Assembly: GCA_951406725.2 (NCBI GenBank)
Contig: OX597826.1
Span: forward strand, 15,438,001-15,502,000
Length of the DNA: 64,000 nt
Reading direction: 5' to 3'
Source: Octopus vulgaris
Taxonomy: Eukaryota
Under the pieces are notes generated by a model, which searched no databases, was not told where the DNA came from, and saw only the letters and a list, made by a program, of their open reading frames with translations. Below are positions 57,233 to 64,000 of the stretch, piece by piece (the first letter of the stretch is position 1; each line of letters starts with the position of its first letter). The position numbers and the translations under genes were made by a program.

Positions 57233-57277
57233 TGAACTAGTACTTTCATGCATTGAATTCTGCAATCTTCGGGTTCA
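57233..57277 (-). ncRNA. Minimal hammerhead-like motif (U4C substitution)
   Basis: Minus strand reads tgaac CCGAAGA ttgca gaattcaa tgcat GAA AGTACT A gttca; palindromic AGTACT, CUA triplet. Confidence 0.65.
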
Positions 57278-57923
57278 TGTAGTAGTGTTGACAGTCATGC
57301 TTCACAATTTTTGACTGTAGCAAGACGATTGATTCTGTGCTATAAATACAGCTGGGTAGGCTCCAGAGTGCTAGGTTTTGCAAACTGTATTCTGACCAAT
57401 CAGTGTGTAGTATCACTCAATTACTTAAGCTGATTGGTTGGTTGAGCTGATTGGTTTAGGCATCACGCTTTGTTGGACATGTCAAGAGTCCTGTATCTTG
57501 ACCCTGGCCGAAGCAGCAATTGTTGGGTTATTTTTAGAAATGTTGTAAATATCCTTTGTCAGAGATTTTTATATTTTTATATTTCAATTGTCATCATCAT
57601 CATTGTCAGCACCTTAATTATTGTTGCTAGTGGTGATGGTGGTGGCAATAGAACTTTTAACCCTAAATAAGATAATTTTCCTGCTATCTTCATCTTGATC
57701 ACCTTTAGTATTGTTGTTGTTGTTAGTGGTCATGGTCGTAGCAGTGGAAGTAATACCTCTAAGTATTATTATTATTGCTTATTTAGCTTGGGTTCGAATT
57801 TATCAATAAAATTCTTTTCTCTGATTCTCCTCTCGATTTCACTTGGGCTGTGTAATTTGTGGAACGGAAATATTATACACATTTTCCGGCCACATGTTGC
57901 TAGGTGGTTACTCAAAGGTATCT

Positions 57924-57974
<51 letters not shown>

Positions 57975-58221
57975 GGAGAAACTATTAAAGGTGAAACAAT
58001 ATACAAGTGAAACCGTTTATTACTTAGTCCGTCGAAGGTTTCACTTCCATTCTTTGTGTTTTGAGACGTAATAAGGAACCAGTGCCAATGTTGCATTGTT
58101 TTAATCCAAAAGAATTACATGTTCACACTTACGGGGTCTCATAGTATTACCTTGTGAAATTTGATTTGATGTGGTTGAGCCAGACAGAACTACAAAGGAT
58201 TTTATATATACATATATATAT

Positions 58222-58445
58222 AGATAATGAAATAATTATTACGGAGATGTACTTGCATAGCGAGTGACTTGGTTTGAGATCGTGTGCTGGAACGGAAACA
58301 ATTGTAGCGTGAAAGGTGTTTATAAGCCATTTAAGAAACACACAAAACTGTTAGATTCACTTCAACATTTAAATTTAATTTGTCAAAATATTTTCGTCGC
58401 TTTGAGACTGCGACCCGTTCACTGACAAAACTTCGTGCTGCATCT
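58222..58445 (-). mobile_element. Non-inverted copy of the Penelope-type repeat at 1640-2010
   Basis: High identity over ~200 bp; hammerhead-like motif at 58379-58429 (GTGAACG). Confidence 0.8.
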
Positions 58446-58699
58446 CGTGCCGTTGAAGTAAATATTATTTACATATATATTAAGCTGTGAAACAATTGTC
58501 ATGAAATAAGAATTTCCAACTGTAAAATAAATTTTATCACAGTATATTTCTCTTGTTATTTATAATTTTATACATCACTTATGTTTTTCTTTTGTATTGC
58601 ATTATATATTTTATGTTTTGTAGAATGATACATTGAAGAGCTTTTTTGTTCATGAGTACCACCAAATTAGCTAATCCGTAAATCGTAGCTGAAATTTTA

Positions 58700-58943
58700 A
58701 AATCTTTTATCTTTTATTTTTTTCAGTTATTTGACTGCTGCCATCCTGGGGCCCCGTCTTGAAAGGTTTTAGTCGAACAGATCGATTCTAGGACTTTTTA
58801 TTTTTGACACCTAGTATATATTCGATCAGCGACTTTTGCCGAACCTCTAAGATATTGGGACGTAAACAGACCAACACCGGTTGTCAAGCGGTCATGGGGA
58901 GAACAAACAGAGACACAGACACAAAAACATATAAGATACCCGC

Positions 58944-58950
<7 letters not shown>
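58700..58950 (-). mobile_element. SINE family C, 3' half
   Basis: tttgactgctgccatcctggggc...caccggttgtcaagcgg. Confidence 0.75.
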
Positions 58951-59011
<61 letters not shown>

Positions 59012-59951
59012 AACACATATATAATATACATACATCTATACATATATATACATATGTATGTTTGTATTATATATCTGCTCCTTCTTTGCCTTACTATTTT
59101 TTCATCGGTCTGTAATTGTGCTATACAATATCTACAGACATACTCTCTCTTTTATATATAGACAGACGCACAGATGCAGATAAAAACACACACTCACACA
59201 TGCACGCAAGGAGCCGCACAACACATTCCCATAAACAACCCATTTGGTAGTTTCCGGCAACTTCCCTGCGAAGTGCGGATATTTAACATATCGTTGATAT
59301 ATACTGATTTAATCAAGATGATGCGTTGGTGTAGTTGCTACCAGAATATTACTACGAATGCATACCATACACGCATACATCAGAGTTTCCGCCACTTAAT
59401 TCCTGTAAAGTTTGTTGAACTGATGCTGTAATAGAGGTCACAAGACCGAATTGCTGAACCCAGAACCGCGTGGCTGTGATAAGTACTTCTAAGTTACTAA
59501 GCTCTACATTTTCATTAAAAAACAACTAAATTGAACTAGATTACACAAAAAATTTTTTTCCCTACACACATAATTTGTATAAGTTTACTGCACTTTTATG
59601 CCATGTCACATATGATCGCATGAGTTTGTATTGTAATTTCGTTTCCCATGTTGATATTTTATGTTTCATATGAATTGTAGCTTTATTAGTGCATGTTCTA
59701 GGTAATGTAAGAACATGCTGAAGAAAACTAAAAACAAATGAATGAAAAATAGTATCTATCTCATTACTTACATAAATTGTTTTAAATATGGACTTCCTAC
59801 ATTGAATAGTTCCTTTCTAAATGACTGGAATTTGGCGCAACTAAGAAGTATAAAGAAGTATAAATGTTCATAACGGCTACGTAGTAATTTTTATTTAATA
59901 TGGCGTGTATTTTGATGCACATACAACGTAAATATTGGGATTATTAATGCA

Positions 59952-60380
59952 GGTAAGGCGGCGAGCTGGCAGAAACGTTAGCACGCCGGGCGAAACGCTT
60001 AGCGGTATTTCGTCTGCCGTTATGTTCTGAGTTCAAATTCCGCCGAGGTCGACTTTGACTTTCATCCTTTCGGGGTCGAAAAATTAAGTACCAGTTACGC
60101 ACTTGGGTTGATGTAATCGACTTAATCCATTTGTCTGTCCTTGTTTGTCCCCTCTATGTTTAGCCCCTTTTGGGCAATAAAGAAATAAGAATCGTTAGCT
60201 GGCCGGGCAAAATGCTTAGCGACATTTCGTTCGTCTACTTTCTGAGTTCAAATTCTGCCGAGGTCGAGTTTGCCTTTCATCTTTTCGGGGTTGATAAATT
60301 AAGTACCAGTTGAGTACTGGGGTCGATGTAATCGACGTACCCCTTCTCCAAATTTCAGGCCTTATGCATATAGTAGAAAT
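59952..60380 (+). mobile_element. SINE family B dimer
   Basis: Two tandem units with different tails; 13-bp duplication gattattaatgca at 59939-59951 and 60381-60393. Confidence 0.9.
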
Positions 60381-60650
60381 GATTATTAATGCACCTCCTT
60401 ATTTTGTTTTATTTACTCGTTTAAGAGATCCTTTGGGCCCCGTTAATAATACGTTACTTTTGATTATGACTTGAATCTCAACCCTTCAAAGTAGTATCTA
60501 TAAAATATACGTGAAACCGGTCTAATTATTTGACATTCACAGGAATATATACTGTATACAATATGAATGCAAATACAATTTCAATGCGTGGATATATTGG
60601 ATGACTGAATAAGACTGCGATGTAGAAAAAAAGTACTAAATACGCAATTA

Positions 60651-60927
60651 GGCGCAGGAGTGGCTGTGTGGTAAGTAGCTTGTTTACCAACCACATGGTT
60701 CCGGGTTCAGTCCCACTGCGTGGCATCTTGGCAAGTGTCTTCTGCTATAGCCTCGGGCCGACCAAAGCCTTGTGAGTGGATTTGGTAGACGGAAAATGAA
60801 AGAAACCGATAGAATAAGTACTGGGCTTACAAAAGAATAAGTCTCGGAGTCGAGTTGCTCGATTAAAGACGGTGCTCCAGCATGGCCGCAGTCAAATGAC
60901 TGAAACAAGTAAAAGAGTAAAAGAGTA
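60651..60927 (+). mobile_element. SINE family C with central deletion
   Basis: Head joined directly to accgatagaataagtac, losing the microsatellite middle. Confidence 0.9.
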
Positions 60928-61935
60928 ATTATTCTGCATCAGCATGTATATTTATTTGTTACAATTCATTACAAACTTATCGTCTGCATCAAATCGACCT
61001 CTAGATATCACCGCCATTTTAATATATTGTTTTACCCTTAATTCGCTTTAGCAGTTATCTTCAACTACTTTTAATCGATCTGTTGTTAAGACCGTTTATA
61101 ATAATATTATTAATATATTTCAGTTTTTGGTGTTGGGGTAAACATACAATATAATAGTGAATTATTTGAGAAAGATTATTATCAATTTACCATAGAAAAT
61201 TATGCGTAAATGAATTTTTTTCTTTTTCTGTTTTCTTAGATAGAAACCCTTACACATACATAAACAGAAGCACACATAGCAACGTGCACACACACACACA
61301 GACGCACACACACACACACAAACACACGCACGTACACACACATACACACACGCGCACTCAACACGCACTCGTGCAAGCACACATGCGTACACATACATTT
61401 AAGCACATAAACACTGATAGGCAAAGAAGGAGAGAGAGAGAGAGAGAAAACCCCAGAGAAACACACACATAATATATATGCCCATAGTTCAATCGATAGA
61501 TATCCAGATAGAACACATTTTTATAAATTCAGACAACGAAATAGAACAACTCTAACATACATCAAACACTACGAATAGATATACACTGATATGACAAAAG
61601 TGTAATTGGGAAGGGTCACCTAAAATAGTTTTCTTTAATATTCTCGAATTTTCCATAACAATGTATTTCCCAGTTTTGATAGTTATTCCCAAAATTACGA
61701 GCCGTGTCCTTATTGAATTTCCTCAGAGACGCCGTTAGGTGTCTCTTTCGGCGGCTCCTCTAAAATATCACTTAGACAACATTTCCATTCCTGATCAAAA
61801 GCGGGATATTTAAGCTTTCATTTTAACAATCAAATTTTATCAAATCTTACTCCCATAGGACCATGAATCTTGTTAAGAAATAACGCAAAACATTTTCTAA
61901 GCTATCAGGCAAATGTACTATATAAAACATAGATA

Positions 61936-62235
61936 TGGTAAGAAGTTTGTTTCTCAACTACAGGATTTAAGGCTCCGTTCCACTGCGTGGCACCTTCGGC
62001 AAATTTCTTCTATAGCTTCAAGCTAACAAAAGCCTTGTGAGTGGATTTGGTAGACGCAAACCGAAAGAAGTCCGTCGTGTGTATGTGTCTGTTTGTATAT
62101 ATCCATGTATATGTTTATGTGTGTGTGTGTATATATATATAGATATATATATATATGTATATATGTATATGCATATATATATATATACGTATATACACAT
62201 ATGTATGTGTGTATATCGTGTATATATACATGTAC

Positions 62236-62269
<34 letters not shown>

Positions 62270-62490
62270 GTGTGTGTTTTGCGTGTGTGTTTGTGCTTGT
62301 GTTTTCCTTCTTCAACGCTTGACAACTGGCGCTGGTGTGCTTACGTTCCCATGAAAGAAAGAGGCCGATAGAATATTACCAGGCTTAAAGAAAAGAAGAA
62401 AGTGCTGAGGTCGATTCATTCGGCTAAAAATTCTTCAAGGCAGTGCCCCAGCATGGCCACACTCAAATGACTGAAAGAAGCAAAAGATAA
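61936..62490 (+). mobile_element. SINE family C
   Basis: cactgcgtggcacc..gtggatttggtagacg..gtgccccagcatggccac. Confidence 0.85.
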
Positions 62491-62888
62491 AACGGTAAAA
62501 ATTTGGAATTGATTATTTCCTAACTAGCGTCATTTATCTCACACATCCAACTGCCTATAGAGTTACTTGAAATAACTACTAAATGTCGCACAACTCACAC
62601 TGGATCAAGTTAGATATGAAGGACCTGGATAATGAAGCCTCAACTATACAGTATTCTGTAAATAAGACGAGCTGGTGATGGTGGAACATTACTGATCATA
62701 GGTGAACTTGATCAGAGTACACCTGAATTAAACAACTATAAAAATTATATTACCACAAATAACCATCAATTCCAACGTCTTAAACATGTTACACATACTG
62801 GAAATAATAACGTTGTTGTTGAATGATATGTATGATATTAATAGTTTGTACAGTATTTACTACACATAGAACAAAATGGAAAATGACT

Positions 62889-63053
<165 letters not shown>

Positions 63054-64000
63054 CGTTATCGTGAAGTTATATATTTTACCGAAAGAAACAACATTTTTGT
63101 GCACGCAATCACAAATTGATCCATTATGGATAATACCTTTTCCACTTCTGATCTTTCCAAAAACAAATTATAATGAGACATAAAAAATACTGGCTCATAA
63201 ACACAATAAAAGAAGTCAAATTTTTTGTGTAGTTTCATTAAGAACACAAACAAACTTTTTCTTTGAATAGCATTGCCTAAAGCACCATCCTAATAAAAGA
63301 CTATATCTTTCCCATTCACTCCAGAGACATCTCTCATTCCCAATAGCGATAACGTCAATGGAGTCTCTATTTTAAAAAATAAATAAAACGGCTTGGATGC
63401 TGGGATTAAATAAGTACAGATGAACAGGTATTCGATTAACTGGGTGGTGGGGGCATGATGATATATCAGTCTGTGAAACTGCATTCTATGCCATTAACGA
63501 CTGTATGTGGAGCATACTAGCATCATAGACATATGTATTGTATTCAGTTTTCAGCCCTACTGTCAAAGGAGTGTAGATTTGCTCGATCAGGAATGATTTG
63601 AGGGCTACTCAATATTATAAACATAGCGTATCTAATCCACCCAAGTTGGTGTTTCCATATTTTGGCCATAACGTAAGATTATACTGAATTATTTTCTTAT
63701 TAAACATACTTGCTAAATTTTTACTGTCTAACATAGTATGTTTATAAAATATTGTTCTCTATTAACCTTAACATTAGGGATGAAACATTTGATATTTATA
63801 TCTACTCTATATTTCGATCTGCAAAATCACGATCATTACCAAATGTTTTTTATTACTAGATTTTAGACATAGTGCCAGACTAGATTCGAGCTAGAAACCT
63901 TTATTTCTAAAGGTTTATAACATTGCTATTCAGTAGATCATTAACGACTGTTTGACTTCTGATGATGACTTGAGATCAAACTATTGAAATATAGTGTAGA

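Noticed and set aside
58025-58135. Minus-strand GTGAACA...GAAAC cttc GAC hammerhead candidate
   Set aside because: No NUH triplet and no convincing helix I
60490-60530. GAAACCGGTC motif
   Set aside because: The 5' half of the core and helix I are absent

Overview
AT-rich, microsatellite-dense animal DNA (intergenic or large-intron) with no recognisable host protein-coding gene. Nearly all ORFs in the track are microsatellite artefacts. The SINE repertoire (tRNA-headed CORE-like, Nin-like and Meta-like families) points to a coleoid cephalopod, probably Octopus; this is an inference. The window is a patchwork of transposons. It holds more than 30 SINE copies or fragments and a young Tx1/L1-type LINE 3' end inside (TATC)n. 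It also holds an R4/Dong-type LINE in (TAA)n, two RTE 3' ends, a Penelope GIY-YIG fragment, non-autonomous Helitrons, a pogo/Tigger-like MITE and decayed Gypsy, mariner and PLE-RT relics. Three signals stand out. (1) Several sequence-unrelated short Penelope-type elements next to (TA)n carry minimal type-I hammerhead ribozyme motifs with palindromic helix III. They include C3-G8, G3-C8 and U3-A8 core variants, and one sits in a 270-bp fold-back. (2) The (TATC)n-embedded LINE shares its last ~45 nt with an abundant SINE. (3) One SINE head is joined to three unrelated tails. All calls were made by eye; no searches or folding programs were run.
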